Assembly (NCBI RefSeq): GCF_018350175.1
Contig: NC_058368.1
Coordinates: 203,238,001 to 203,302,000, forward strand
Source: Felis catus
Lineage: Eukaryota
Direction: 5' to 3'
Length of the DNA stretch: 64,000 bases
Shown here: positions 1-12,720 of the stretch, one piece after another
Numbering within the stretch: the stretch's first letter is position 1
Layout: each line of letters starts with the position of its first letter
The notes under the pieces: model-generated
Database searches by the model: none
What the model was told of the DNA's origin: nothing
Seen by the model: the letters and a program-made list of their open reading frames with translations, nothing else
Made by a program: the position numbers and the translations under genes

Positions 1-60
1 TTTCAAGCGGAAAGAATGGGCCCAAGATAACCCTTGATTCTAATTCCCCACAGCCTCCTC
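1..60 (+). pseudogene. Fossil exon, block C (5' end outside window)
   Basis: Ends at donor CTC|gtgagt (61-66); FKRKEWAQDNP*F*FPTAS frame is phase-compatible with the next exon. Confidence 0.4.
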
Positions 61-214
61 GTGAGTAAAATGGTTCACAAGTTCCTGTTTGCCAAGGGCA
101 CGTGAAAGAGATAATAAGAGGCCTGGGGATCTGAAGCCGGAAAGGATGAAGAGGGCAGCTCATGGAACAGAGGCCCCTTCTGTCTCAGTCTTAGAAATTT
201 CTCCCTATGCTCAG

Positions 215-348
215 ACACCCTCCAGGAAGAGGTGAGGAAGAAGGGTGATGTGGAATGGGAGAATTAGCACAGGGCAGAGTCTTTGATTTAGCCAGCTCAT
301 CTGAAAGAGACCAAGTTTTAACCAGAAGAAACTGGTTTGCCTTGCAGG
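215..348 (+). pseudogene. Fossil exon, block C
   Basis: tttctccctatgctcag| acceptor, G|gtgaag donor; 44 codons with a single TGA (HPPGRGEEEG*CGMGELAQGRVFDLASSSERDQVLTRRNWFALQ). Confidence 0.45.
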
Positions 349-879
349 GTGAAGTTTATAAGGTTGTTCTCTATTAGCAGATAAGGACTAGGAGCAAAAA
401 TAATTCTTTTATGCAAAATAAAACCGTACTTTTGTACACCTGATTAATAATATGACCATTTTAAACCACAATATAAACAAGAGAGATCTTTGCTTAAAAT
501 CCTTTAGTGACTTCTTATGGCTACAGAATTTTAACTTGGCACACATCATTTTATTTGGTTCTTGCCTTCCTCTCTAACATCACTTCCTAAAACCAGCAAT
601 GGAGACTGGAAAAAAAAAAAAGTGTTATAGAAACAGAAGGAAATTTCAATGCAAGTTCTAAGCCAGTTAGACCTTTTGGCATGTGTGTGTATATGTATGT
701 GTCTGTCAGTTTGTCTGGCCGTAATACATATGACATTACTCCTTTACCAGTTAACCCTGACAAAAATAACATTGCATTAAAAAATCATCCCCAAACTGAA
801 CAGGAGGGAAAATAGCCAAATATACAACTGGCATCAGAATCATATGAACGATTTGTTACAAATTCAAATTCTTGAAATA

Positions 880-1290
880 AAATTGGCTTAAAACACTAAA
901 CCGCTCGTACTCATTGATCTGCACATTGGCTGAACGTTTTCGAAGCTGGGCTTGTTTGGGTGGTTCCACTGGTCATAACTGGACCCACTCCGGCTTCTGA
1001 AGCCAGCTTGGTTAGGCCAGCGGTTGTTCCACCCCATGGTTGATATCCTCCTCAGGAGACCAGAGGCTAGCCTAAGCTGCCCTTCTTACTGTGCTGCCAG
1101 AAGTTCTAATCTACAGAGCCCATCAGGAGACAGATTATAAACCTGCTTATGTCATTGATGCCAACATCTCCCTGACCAGAGATAGTCACAGGAAAACACC
1201 CTTTGTCAAGGAGTGGGAAAGTCTGCTCCTCCAACTACAGAAAAGCACTGCCAAAGTTACAGGCCAAAGAATATGGATGGATAATTCAAT
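880..1290 (-). mobile_element. Old MaLR LTR fragment (MLT1J/K-like)
   Basis: gccaacatctccctgaccagagatagtcaca...aaggagtgggaaagt...ctgccaaagttaca resembles the MLT1 consensus as recalled. Confidence 0.5.
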
Positions 1291-1575
1291 AACTATGGAT
1301 GGAACAAAGAACAAAAAAAGTAATCCACTTCGACACAAATCTCCTCTTAAAAATAACCGACACCACATCATAAGGATCTAGCGATTGGTAACAATTAGCG
1401 ATGCAAATCTAGCCCAGTGGTGGTTAATCTCTCCACAATATGTTCCCATGATCAAATCCTGTTTTGATTTTCCTATCTTTTAGAAAAAGATGTATAATTA
1501 TAAAATTAATCACCAAATTATGTTTAATAATTTACACACTTATAAATTCAATTGTATTACTTTCATGTTCTAGAG

Positions 1576-1815
1576 AGGGGTCAATAAACTATATAGCCTT
1601 CAGGTCAAATCTTGCCAACCATCTGATTTTGTAAATAAAGTTTTATTGGATCACAACTACTCTCATTTGCTTACCTATTGTCTATGGCTGCTCTTATATA
1701 TAGCTACAACAGCAGAGTTGAACACTTGTGGTAGAGATCATGTTGCCTGCTGAAATATTTACTGAAAAAGCTGAAAATATTTACTCTCTCACCCTCTATA
1801 GAAAACTAGACACTT
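1576..1815. mobile_element. MER58A-like hAT-Charlie MITE
   Basis: ttttgtaaataaagttttattgga...tattgtctatggctgct...gctacaacagcagagttga...aaatatttact hallmark segments. Confidence 0.75.
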
Positions 1816-2131
1816 CTGATTATCATATTTAAGGCACGATTACCAGTTAATTCTTCTTAGATACCACTAACGATTATCTTCTTTCAAAAAGAAGAAAGCT
1901 TTATTAACAGAACCAGGATTGCAAAGCACATCTGGCTGACTCCAAGGCCAATGCTTCTTCCAGGATACCATACTGTGTCCACAGTATTTATTCTACTTTT
2001 AAGAATGCTCTCCATTCTGATATGGGAGGGAAAAGAGAGGGACCTATATGTCACTTACATTCGAATCATGTGAAAAATTTTTTGAAAATTCAAGCTCTTG
2101 AAACAAACTGCATGCTTGAGACTTTGATACC

Positions 2132-2342
2132 TTTTTACAAAATTTTTTTAATGTTTATTTATTTTGAGAGACAAAGCATGAGCGACAGAGGGGCGGAGAG
2201 AGAGGAGACACAAAATCTGAAGCAGGTTGCAGGCTCTGAGCTATCAGCACACAGCCAAACACGGGGCTTGAACCCATGAACCGTGGGATCATGACCTGAG
2301 CCAAAGTTGGACACTTACCCGACTGAGCCACCCAGGTGCCCT
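2132..2342 (-). mobile_element. CanSINE (SINEC_Fc type)
   Basis: Reverse complement of tRNA-like head (gactgagccacccaggtgccc), (GA)n linker, T-rich tail. Confidence 0.9.
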
Positions 2343-2918
2343 GACACTTGGCTATCTTAACAAATGTCATAGGTGATCCTTATTTACATGAAAAAGAAGG
2401 AACAAGAGGTGTAAGTGAAAGAAACAACTTATGATGTTGGATTTGAGAAGAGTCGTAAAAGCTTCACATCATTATGGTAGTTCATAGAGAATCAATGAGG
2501 CAGGGGAAAAAAAGGACTGCTAAGGAGAACTAAGACCTTGATATGAAGTCGTCTAAAATATATCTGGACTACATTATATTCCAGCCCTTCCTCAGTTTCT
2601 CACTTTGGCTCTACTTTTGTTAATTATGATTTTCATGTGAGTCTCTAATCCAGAAGTAATTCAGATACATAGAAAACTTGGGAGGACAAGGGTAATGTCT
2701 GCATGCTATAGACACAGATGTCTGCTTTATGAATGGAATATTCTAACAGCCCACTTTTCCAAAAAGCATTTGGGCAGGTTTTAACAACAACAACAAAACG
2801 TGATGCAACATTAATGCAGTAGAAATAGATTATCTTTGTGTATATCTATGTTGTGAATTTTCTTTTGATTTGAAATGTTGAATATGACTTTTCTTTTTGT
2901 TTAAAAATTTCAGTAAAG

Positions 2919-3041
2919 GGAGGCACCTGGGTGACTCAGTCGGCTGAGTGTCTAACTCTTGATTTCAGCTCAGGTCATGATCCCAGAGTCATGGGATGGA
3001 GCCCCATGTCAGGCTCCACGCTGAGTGTGGAGCCTGCTTGA

Positions 3042-3094
<53 letters not shown>

Positions 3095-3187
3095 CCCCCT
3101 CCACCTTTGCCCCTCTCCCTTGCTTTCTCTCTCTTTCTAAAATAAATAATAGTAATAATAATAATAATAATAATAAAGTAGAGAAAG
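2919..3187 (+). mobile_element. CanSINE
   Basis: Head, (TC)n, (AAT)n tail; TSD aaatttcagtaaag at 2905-2918 and 3188-3201. Confidence 0.9.
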
Positions 3188-3814
3188 AAATTTCAGTAAA
3201 GAAATAAACCTAAACAAATTGTTATTAGCATTCCATTTCCCAGGTTCAGGAAGATGTCTAGAGTGGGCTCCAGCCTCTAAGCTGCAGGGCTTGCTCAGAG
3301 GCATTGGAAACAGTCTTACTACCACTGCCTAATTGGCATAATAGGAGCAGTGTTGCTTTTCCCGCCCAAAAACCACATTAGGCACTGAAAATCTTTCATA
3401 AAAACTGGAGAGTCCCTGCCCAAAGAGATGCCTGGCAACTGGTCTTTCCCAATTCAAGGCTTTCTGAGATGCAGAGACAAAAATAGCCCAACTCAAGCCA
3501 CCACTAAAGAACACTCCAGTGAGAAAATTCTCAGAATAATATTCTGAAAAGCTTAGAGTATGCTTTCCTTCAAGTATGAGGAAAAATTAAAGATACCTGA
3601 CATGCATCCTCAAATTTGAAAATAGAAACATGTTTCTCTTCTGGTAGAGAGATTTCTGAGGCCTGGAGGTTTAATGGAATGGGCTATGCCTTCTGGTTTT
3701 CAAGGGCCCATGTGTCTGGGAAGAAGATGGGGCAACTTTATTCCTGACCCAGTTCTCTGCAGTTTTTTAAGAGTCCGAGAGAGGATTGCATTGGTTTTTT
3801 TGTGTGTTTGTGTG

Positions 3815-3981
3815 TTTTTAATGTTTATTTATTTTTGAGGAGATGGAGACACAGAATCTGAAGCAGGCTCCATGCTCCAAGCTGTCAGCACAGAGCCCGA
3901 TGCAGGGCTCGAACTCACAAACCATGAGATCATGACCTGAGCCGAAGTCAGACTCTTAACCGACTGAGCCACCCTGATGCT
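3815..3981 (-). mobile_element. CanSINE
   Basis: SINE body and tail in reverse orientation. Confidence 0.9.
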
Positions 3982-4464
3982 GTATGCAAAGGAGCATGAA
4001 GGTTAGTGGTGGGCATGAGCTGAAGAGCTACTCAGGAGGTCATAGAGGTCAAGTGGTTAGGCATTCATACCAGAGACAGGATTGATGATTCTGTACCTTT
4101 GGCCTGTCAAAGGGAGTCAGGGCTGTCCTTTGGAGACAGAAAGGAGAAGAGAAAAGGAAAGGTGAAGAAAAAAATATGCCCAAATATCACCTAAGCATCA
4201 TGTTAATAGAAGATACTAGAAGAAGATGAGAGCAGTCAATACCAGAGTGAGGCCAGAGATACTTCTCTGTCACCAACACTATTTTTGCTTCACCATGCCC
4301 CCAATAGCAGAGAATAAGTACCTAGAAAGGGAAGAAGATGGGGTTTCTTTGAGCCAGAACCTGACGCCTTCTTCCAAGAGCTGAGGAGGGAAGATTTTTA
4401 GTCTGTGGTGGATCAGGGAAAGGGATGATCCTTGAACTGAACTGACATTAAAATTTTTACAACA

Positions 4465-4683
4465 CGGACACCTGGGTGTCTCAGTCAGTTAAACAACCAA
4501 CTTTGACTCAGGACATGACCTCACGGTTTGTGAGTTTAAGCCCCACGTCAGGCTCTGTGCTGACAGCTCGGAGCCTGGAGCCTGCTTCGGATTCTGTGTC
4601 TTCCTCTCTCTCTCTCTGCCCCTCCCCTGCTTATACTCTGTCTCTCTCTCTCAAAAATAAATAAACATTAAAAATTTTTTTTT
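4465..4683 (+). mobile_element. CanSINE
   Basis: Full body; TSD aatttttacaaca on both sides. Confidence 0.9.
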
Positions 4684-4756
4684 AATTTTTACAACAAAAA
4701 GGAATATATACCATAGCAAACAAAGAGAAATCTCAGCTAGTAACTGGAAATAATTT

Positions 4757-5229
4757 CTGGGAGAAAATTCTCCATGGGTCTCTTGCATTTCTGCACTTCT
4801 TTCAAACAGAGGCACTTAACTGCCTTTGTTCTGGACTACCTTACCAAAGATAGCTGTATAATAAATAGCACTGAAGACACATACAGTGTCTCCTGATGCC
4901 AAAGGCCAGTATAATAAAACTAATGTCTCCCTTCAGAGCAGTAAGCCGATTTACTGCCCATACTAAAAGATTTGGGTTCTATTAGCTTGGAGTCCCTCTC
5001 CTACAACATCACCTACTATGTGTGCAGGTGTAATATGGTCCTCTTTAGGTCACTCTGTGAGGATTGAGACTTATGTAACTAGCACAAACATGATAATCCT
5101 CTAGCAACTACCACTGCTAAGAGTAACAACAATCTGTCTCTTAGCTCTGACCAAGGTATCTTGTATCCTCTACCACTAACAGTGAAACTGTGGCAGGCTA
5201 ATTGGTCTCATTTTTTTACAGTTCTTGAT
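4757..5229 (+). mobile_element. ERVL-class solo LTR (LTR40-like)
   Basis: Starts gggagaaaattctccatgggtctcttgcatttctgcac, contains gaaactgtggcaggctaa, ends acagttcttgata; matches recalled LTR40 consensus. Confidence 0.6.
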
Positions 5230-5257
5230 AGGGAGTACACAAGAGTGTGTATATCAG

Positions 5258-5484
5258 GGGATGTGCAAAAAGGGAACCTTTGTGCACTGTTGGTGGGAAT
5301 GTAAACTGGTACAGCCACTATGGAAGACAGTATGGAGGTTCCTCAAAAAAGTAAAGGTAGAACTACCATATGACCCAGCAATTCCACTTCTGGGTATTTA
5401 TCTGAAGGAAATGAAAATATTAACTCAAAAAATGCACTCCATGTTCGTCCTTAACATTATTTACTATAACCAAGAAAAATGGAA
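5258..5484 (+). mobile_element. L1 ORF2 C-terminal fragment
   Basis: Translates [36 protein letters not shown], the canonical L1 ORF2p C-terminal region. Confidence 0.9.
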
Positions 5485-6308
5485 GGATTCTTGGCTACTT
5501 TTCTTGAATTAGTGATGTATTTATTGAGTTCCAGAGACAAATGTAAAATTTTTCGCATCAGACTTAAGTATCTTAATTCCATAATTTCCTGTTAATAATA
5601 TCCATCAAAAGCATTACATTGACTTTTTCCAAGTTGTTACTCAGGGGGAGATGTGTATCTATATGTTCTTATTTTGACTTATTTCTTGTTAAGACTTACA
5701 ATCTTTACACGATTTCTTCTTCCTCTGAGAGCAACCGAATTATGAAAAAAGCATAGCTATGAAATTGATTTTAAGTGAGGTAGCCAAGAATCCTTTCCAG
5801 TGGGAGTGGTAACTTCAATTTTCAGATGGTTTTTATATAAATTGTCCCATTTGATTTTCACAAGAACATTAGATAGCATGACAGGCATTTTTATACACAT
5901 TTCCCTAAATTAATTTTTTCAGGCTCTCGAGTGGGCTATTGTGGGGATTAGAAATAGAATTGAGAAGGACCTCACACCCTTTAATTGTTCAATAAATCGT
6001 AGCCATCATTGCTACTATTTCACGTGGGTGAGAAGTGAGACTCAGGGTGATTAGGGCTTGCCACAGTCTCCTGACACACAGTCCAAAGTACCTCGCAGGG
6101 ATCTCCAGTTAATTTTTCCCTTCCCAAAATGGGGATTGACTTAGCAATAGAAAAGCAACACGAATAATCGCACTGATAGTATTCTACCTGCGGGACCTCA
6201 GGGTTTTAAGCTCAACAGTTTTACTTCTGGACAAAGGGGCTCTGCTGAGTCCCTGATCCCATCAACTCCCCACACTCCCAGTGTTGATCTTCAGAAGAGA
6301 AAGAAAAA

Positions 6309-6520
6309 GGGGCGCCTGGGTGGCTCAGTCGTTAAGCATCCGACTTCTGCTCAGGTCACGATCTCATGGTCCGTGAGTTCCAGCCCCGCGTCGGGCTCTG
6401 TGCTGATGGCTCAGAGCCTGGAGCCTGCTTCGGATTCTGTGTCTCCCTCTCTCTCTCTGTTCCTCCCCCGTTCATGCTCTGTCTCTCTCTGTCTCAAAAA
6501 TAAATAAACATTTAAAAAAA
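6309..6520 (+). mobile_element. CanSINE
   Basis: Full body; TSD agaagagaaagaaa. Confidence 0.92.
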
Positions 6521-6561
6521 GAAGAGAAAGAAAGGAATCCCCTAGTCCTTTTCTCTTAAAG

Positions 6562-6994
6562 GTAGAGGAAAACACCTTTCCAAACGGCTGCTGCTGTCAA
6601 AGTCCAGGACTTGATTTGTGAAGCTTGGTCTTGGAAAAGTACTAAATAGAAGTAAGATGGATTTACATTTGTAAACTTTGCTTCCCCTAAATGGGAGGAG
6701 AAAGACCACTCACGGGAAACAAAGACACCAGTCCAGCATCAAGACAACATAGAACAGTAAATTAACTGAACACAAGCTCGGAAACTCAGTGTGAATGTAG
6801 GCCTAGAAATTTTAAGATAGTTTGAAGAGTGAAAAAACTCCCAGAGCCTATTCATCAGTCTTCACACCTCCTCTTTACCTGAGTCATGCACGTTGCTGGG
6901 GAAAGAAAAGCCACAAATGCAAATGCAGTGAAGTTGGTTGGAGACCAGTTGAAAGACAGGTCTCCTAAACCTAACCTTCTCCAGATGGGAAGAT
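6562..6994 (+). pseudogene. Fossil exon, block C (end of an RGS-like domain plus linker)
   Basis: ccttttctcttaaag| acceptor, GAT|gtaagt donor. Reads AVKVQDLICEAWSW..DGFTFVNF..RKLSVNVGLEIL, compared with recalled RGSL1 KAQKEICKMLSPW..EDYWFLLF..KRIQQSLEL. Many stops. Confidence 0.55.
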
Positions 6995-7838
6995 GTAAGT
7001 GTGAGAATTTAAATAAACTCAGATGCGGCCATTGAAAATCTGCTCAATATGCAGAGAAGACATGCGCAACATTTTCCAGAATATAGCAGTAAAAAGTTTT
7101 CTTATTTAAGAGGAAAACCATCTTAAGCATTCCCAAATAAATTAGCTTTGACTATTTCAAGCCATGGGAGAACCTGGTAATAATCATTCTTATGACCCAC
7201 TGTCTGTCTGCTCACATTTCTCACAGAATTTTCCCGCTCTTTTAATTACATCTGTTTACATTTTTATCTGGCCCCAAAGAGGACTCAGTGTTGTGTCTTC
7301 ACTTTCTGGCCTCGGTTCCCATTGACATCAGATTTCTCCATGTGAAAATCAAGCAAAGTGTATAAAATAAAAGTACAGCATGAATGACTTTTATCAATTT
7401 GCTTTGTTTTAGTGGCTTTTCCTATATAACGACTTTGCAACTCAATTTGTAACTTCAAGCAGTAGTCTCATTTGAACTGGGAGAGAAAGATCATGTCAGG
7501 GGTTGAGAAGCCACAGGGAAGGTGAGGGGGGTTGAGTTGATAAAATAGGAAAGAGGCTAATAGGCCCATATTCTTATCCTAGAAGCTTACCTACCATAGA
7601 AGAAGCCTGGCAGATGCCGTAGGGTGAGGTCAGCAAGGACAACTGCGCACTGGATTTGAGGACTGAGGCCAGGAAAGTGGCCCAACGAGGCACAGACCCC
7701 AATCAATTGATCTGAGCAACAAAAAAGTATCTGGGCATAAAGTCTTGAGGGACCAGGAAAAAGCTAGAGCAAATACTCCGTGAGTCTCCCAAAAGCCTTT
7801 TTTGAAAGAGCGGCTATGAAACATTAAGAGGAATTTTA

Positions 7839-8002
7839 GGTGGCTCAGTCGCTTGAGCGTCAGACTCTTGATTTCGGCTCAGGCCATGATCCCAGAGTTG
7901 TGGAATCGACCCCTGCATCAGGCTCCACCGTGGTTGGAGCATGCTTATGATTCTCTCTCTCTCCTTCTGCCCCCCCCCCCCAAGTAAAAAAAAATAATTA
8001 AA
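7839..8002 (+). mobile_element. CanSINE (older subfamily, 5' clipped)
   Basis: ggtggctcagtc head; flanking agaggaattt(t)agg repeat. Confidence 0.85.
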
Positions 8003-8378
8003 GAGAGGAATTTAGGTGTGTCTGGTATTTTAGCAAACATCTCAGGGCGTATACATCTAGATGTGTATTGTCCAGCATATGAATCACCAAACAAAATTAA
8101 TCTCTAATCCACTGAGGCTGCTGTTAACAAGCTCAGTTTTGAAATTCCTGTGTTAAAGTTGCTTTTACAGCCCACTTAGCACACAGTGAGGTCAATGATA
8201 TTTTTCACGGAGAAGGCTAGCAGAATTCATGTTGCGTCTGCTTGTTTCACTCTACTTCCAAAACCTCACCCCTACACTTACCATAATCTCATGTAAAGGC
8301 AAAAGACTAAATTAGCTATTACCTGTTGTGGCCATCAGACATTTTGAAATAAAAATGTAGAACTGCTGCCTCATTTAC

Positions 8379-8539
8379 ACCCTCAGATCACTAATAGTGG
8401 CCTAGTGAGAGTGGTACAGAATGATTCCAGGCATGGAATATAGCTCATTCCCAGAAGGCATTAGAAAGTTCGAATAGTTACAAAGGTTTATATGAGACTG
8501 CGTCTCACTGAAGTGGCTTGAGTAACCCCAGTGAATGTT
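8379..8539 (-). pseudogene. Fossil exon, block B (start of an RGS-like domain)
   Basis: Minus-strand gtattttttcag| acceptor and |gtaaat donor. Reads HSLGLLKPLQ*DAVSYKP, compared with recalled RGSL1 SLGYIHLALCADACAGNPF. Confidence 0.5.
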
Positions 8540-8886
8540 CTGAAAAAATACACTTCTCATCATCTTATTCTGCATGTCCCAGTTGCATTGACTGGACTGC
8601 CATTGGCCCTCTCCATATACTTGCATGCTGGCCGAATCCCTTCCCAGGACCACAAACAGAAGGCAGGTTGATGTGCAGAATTCTTAGCCAGATAGGTACT
8701 AAGTGCCAGGGAGGTGCTGCTGATCTGAGATAGGGTCTCCTATTACCTCAGCGCCTAATTCAGTACTCTGGCAAAATGTTTTCAAAACTTGAATTCACTG
8801 TTCTCAGTGCTTTCTCATTAATATCTTTCCAAGACACTTCATTTGTAGGGACTATACCTTCTAGGATGTTAGACCACCTTTCCCTA

Positions 8887-8887
<1 letters not shown>

Positions 8888-8927
<40 letters not shown>
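8888..8927. repeat. (CA)n microsatellite
   Basis: Direct reading. Confidence 0.95.
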
Positions 8928-8928
<1 letters not shown>

Positions 8929-9124
8929 TCCTGACCAGCTGTTTTCTATCTTTATAGTTTCCAAAGAGATGTACAAGGAGAGAGAGTCATAGTAGTCATA
9001 GCCATTGGGTTGTGGGGAGTGAAGAGAAATCTCAAAATAAGGCACCCGTTTAGTAGTTACCTAAGTTTCTAGACTGATGATTTACTTCCGACACAGGAAA
9101 AATAGCAGAGAGGAAAACTTTTAC

Positions 9125-9595
9125 CTATTCTTAATTGTCAAAATAAGCTTGGAGTACCTGTTGCAATTTTCTACCCAATTCTCTTAACTTTGTAGTTTAT
9201 GAAAATTCTTCATGGATACTCGTAAGGGGCTTATTGTCAATTCTGGTTTAGAGCGCTCTAACTTTTGTGATTTTCCTCTGCCTTCACAGATATTTTTGTG
9301 CAGAGTTGAGACCAGCTGGATCCTGGGCTGCAGACCATATGCCATTTACAGCAGAAACCTCTTTCCCCTCTGGTCCTGCTTACAATTACTCCCATCTTCT
9401 GATTTCCTGGATTTTGGCACCTCAGTACAATTTTTACATCTGCTTCTTAACTGGGTTGGTGACCCTCCCTTTCCAAGCTTCTTGTACACTGACTCTGCAC
9501 ACACTTCTGGGATCTGTTCATTTCTTTGGATTTGGTGACATCTATCCTCATCTCTTAACCTACTATCGTTCCAGTTTTTGTTACCGATACAATGA
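9125..9595 (-). pseudogene. Fossil exon, block B (K/E/S/R-rich linker, ~157 codons)
   Basis: Minus-strand tctgtttag| acceptor and AG|gtaaaa donor; one frame is open for 82 then 53 codons with only 2 stops over 471 nt. Confidence 0.55.
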
Positions 9596-9830
9596 CTAAA
9601 CAGACTTGCCCATCACCACTGAATCACAGCCAAACAAAGGGTAGTAATGATGATTTTGTAATACCACAGTCTCTGTATAGTCCTTGAATCAGCTGAGTTT
9701 TTCTTTCTGGAGTGTAAGTATTATATTATTATTATGTACTTATTAATGTTTTTGTGTGCAGCCTATGGCCTTTTACCACTAAAGACAATTTCCCCTTCAT
9801 GGGCGCTAAATAGAAAATGTATTTATTTAG

Positions 9831-9954
9831 GCAGGAGCCTTAGTGAGATCTGGATTGCCAGAGAATAGCTTATATTTGGAAAAAAATACAAAATCATACA
9901 TGAGATCATTTGAAGACCTACGTGAAGAACTGAAGCAAGACTAGGAAGTGTGAT
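9831..9954 (+). pseudogene. Fossil exon, block D
   Basis: tttatttag| acceptor; 37 open codons AGALVRSGLPENSLYLEKNTKSYMRSFEDLREELKQD; phase 0 fits the 6994 donor; compare recalled RGSL1 GGSL..MSFEEL. Confidence 0.55.
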
Positions 9955-10107
9955 GTAACAAAAAATTATTGGGTTAAGATCTGGGGCTTTTATGTTTACA
10001 GTATTATTGTAAACCTAATCTACTGAAACTAAATTGATTCATAGGATGGATATCTGGTCATGCTTAATTGTATTAATTCTCACCTTTCCTTATCTTTTTG
10101 GACTCAG

Positions 10108-10183
10108 AGGTGGGAAGAAACAAGAATTCTGATGTGCTTGGTACTCTTGCCCAAGCACTGAAGCACTTTACAAGGGAACAAAG
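10108..10183 (+). pseudogene. Fossil exon, block D
   Basis: tatctttttggactcag| acceptor, AAG|gtttgt donor; open VGRNKNSDVLGTLAQALKHFTREQ; phase fits both neighbours. Confidence 0.55.
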
Positions 10184-10264
10184 GTTTGTGCTTTTGAAAT
10201 GACCTCACAGTGGATCTAACAATGTACCAGTTAAATCTTATTCCAGAATGCAATTATTTCATTA

Positions 10265-10490
10265 TTTTTTTTTTAATTTTTTTTTTCAACGTTTTTTATT
10301 TATTTTTGGGACAGAGAGAGACAGAGCATGAACGGGGGAGGGTCAGAGAGAGGGAGACACAGAATCGGAAACAGGCTCCAGGCTCCGAGCCATCAGCCCA
10401 GAGCCCGACGCGGGGCTCGAACTCACGGACCGTGAGATCATGACCTGGCTGAAGTCGGACGCTTAACCGACTGCGCCACCCAGGCGCCCC
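10265..10490 (-). mobile_element. Young CanSINE (SINEC_Fc, CpG-intact)
   Basis: Diagnostic gcgcagtcggttaagcgtccgacttcagccagg; TSD caattatttcattatt. Confidence 0.95.
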
Positions 10491-10540
10491 AATTATTTCA
10501 TTATTAAAATGAAGCACAGTGAGTTAGCTGCTGTTAGCAG

Positions 10541-10630
10541 CTGAAAGAATAGCATCACTGATTTGGAGAACTTAGAGAATTCTTCAGACATCCACCAAAA
10601 AATCAGAAGGCCAGCACCATGAGCAATGAG
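10541..10630 (+). pseudogene. Possible fossil exon, block D
   Basis: ctgttagcag| acceptor, weak GAG|gtcacg donor; reads KNSITDLENLENSSDIHQK. Confidence 0.35.
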
Positions 10631-11056
10631 GTCACGATCTTTAAGGTGACTACTCTAGTGATAGGTTTTCTGTGTGTGTCCTGTCTCTCTAACTCTTTAA
10701 ACTTTTATCATATAGTTAAAAACATCTACATTATTTATATATTTCTATGGAGCAGTATACATTTCTTTATGCATCTGATTTCACAATCCCTTTTGGATTA
10801 AAAAAGGCATGAGAAACAAACAGCATACTTTTGAGTTGTCATGTAATTTGTTTAGTTACATATCTTTTTTCCCTTTGTGAAGGGATTTGATATTTTTATT
10901 TATATTTTTCTTTAAATGTCCCCTTCTTATTCTTTGGAATATGAGGCCAGCATTCTTTAAGATATTACGTCTTTGAATCTGAAGTCTTAATCTGATGTGA
11001 TTTAGTTTCTACATAGTTTATACATGTACATCACTATATTTCTAGATACCTAATTT

Positions 11057-11270
11057 AAAAAAAATTTAAGTTTATTTATTTATTGGAGAGAGACAGAGAC
11101 AGAGAGGGTGGGGGGAAGGGCAGAGGGAGAGGAAAAGAGAGAGAATCCCAAGCAGGCTCTGCACTGTCAGCACCGAGCCCGACGTGGGGCTCAAACTCAC
11201 AAACCGTGAGCTCATGAACTGAGCCAAAACCAAGAGTTGGATGCTTAACTGACTGGGCCACCCAGGCCCC
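11057..11270 (-). mobile_element. CanSINE
   Basis: Full body; TSD atacctaattt. Confidence 0.9.
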
Positions 11271-12375
11271 AATACCTAATTTTTGAAACTGATTTTGTTT
11301 GCTGCTGTATAAAACATTTAATTGGATTTATACTACTAATGAACAAAGACACTGAGGTCTTTTTATTGTTTCTGTTTCTTTTTTTTTCTTTATTTTTTTA
11401 AATGTTTCTTTTTTTTTTAATGGCACCTTTCTTGCCCCAGAAGAGTCTATATTTCAGAACATAGGGTCTGCCAACTTTGTTCCATTTCACTGCTGCATTG
11501 ATACTTCATTGTGATGCTATATTGGGAGAATTCATATATATTGAACAGGGGCTGCCCAGAGTGTGTGAGATGAGCCGACAACAATAGCATATGACCAATA
11601 ATGAATTAGAGAGAAGACAGCAAAAACAGAACTTAGGGAACTAGAAATAAGATTAAAATACAAAATGCAAGTACACACCTGAGAAATTAGTTTTAGTTCA
11701 GCAGGACTATCATTTGATTTTCATAAAGCAGACTCTGGATGCTGTCAACTCTAAGTCTTTACTGGCAACAGAGTTTTCTACAACCGATAGTATTATATGC
11801 ATTGGAAAAACATCATTAGTCACAATTAGTTAGCAACAAACCGTGAGTTCTTTGATGGAAGCATCTCAGTCTATTCTTTGAATAATCTGAAATATTGAAT
11901 GATCTATTAAAAACCACTTCCTCAACCCTAGTAGATATTATTGTTCATGAATTGGGATGTCCTCGGCATTAGAGAGTTCAGCGTTGCAGAAGGGAAGGCA
12001 GACAGTAAGCCAGGAGCCACAGATCATTATGACCCGGTCTCAAAAAGTTTGCATTTATACAATTCATCAATAAAAAATTTTAAGGCATGCTCCCCACTAT
12101 ATGTATTTTTATTCATAAATGTTTTATGCATACCTCGATTAATGCTTACTATCTCAAGTTACAATTCATGCTAAAAGAAAGGTTCATTTTTCAATGACTT
12201 TTGTTATAAATCCACCTTCAAATAGTATTCTTAGTTATTTCAATTTTTGGTCTGATTTCCTTAGATAATAAAATTATCTTAGCAAATGATTTTTAATGTG
12301 AGCTCTGCCATTTTTTTGCTCACATGTGCTTGCATTATGGCCTCATGTTTAATCCATGGTTTCTTTGCAGAAACT

Positions 12376-12623
12376 TTTATTTATTTTTTATTTTTTTTAT
12401 TTTTTTAATAAATTTTTTTTCAACGTTTATTTATTTTTGGGACAGAGAGAAACAGAGCATGAACGGGGGAGGGGCAGAGAGAGAGGGAGACACAGAATCG
12501 GAAACAGGCTCCAGGCTCTGAGCCATCAGCCCAGAGCCCGACGCGGGGCTCTAACTCACGGACCGCGAGATCGTGACCTGGCTGAAGTCGGACGCTTAAC
12601 TGACTGCGCCACCCAGGCGCCCC
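12376..12623 (-). mobile_element. Young CanSINE
   Basis: TSD ctttgcagaaactttta at 12363-12379 and 12623-12639. Confidence 0.95.
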
Positions 12624-12720
12624 TTTGCAGAAACTTTTAAAAGCCACCCTTTAAAGACTTACTTCATAATTTTAACTTGATAACATGATATGTAAATCTA
12701 ATTATCTGGGCACACACCAG

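Noticed and set aside
3520..3547. Overlapping short hairpins containing a TTCTCAGAA (STAT-like) motif
   Set aside because: Short AT-rich palindromes of this size are expected by chance; no supporting context
5225..5512. 95-aa ORF with a recognisable protein motif
   Set aside because: L1 ORF2p C-terminal fragment, not a host gene
9212..9599. Two overlapping plus-strand ORFs (108 and 110 aa)
   Set aside because: No plus-strand splice or start context; better explained as the antisense shadow of the minus-strand fossil exon
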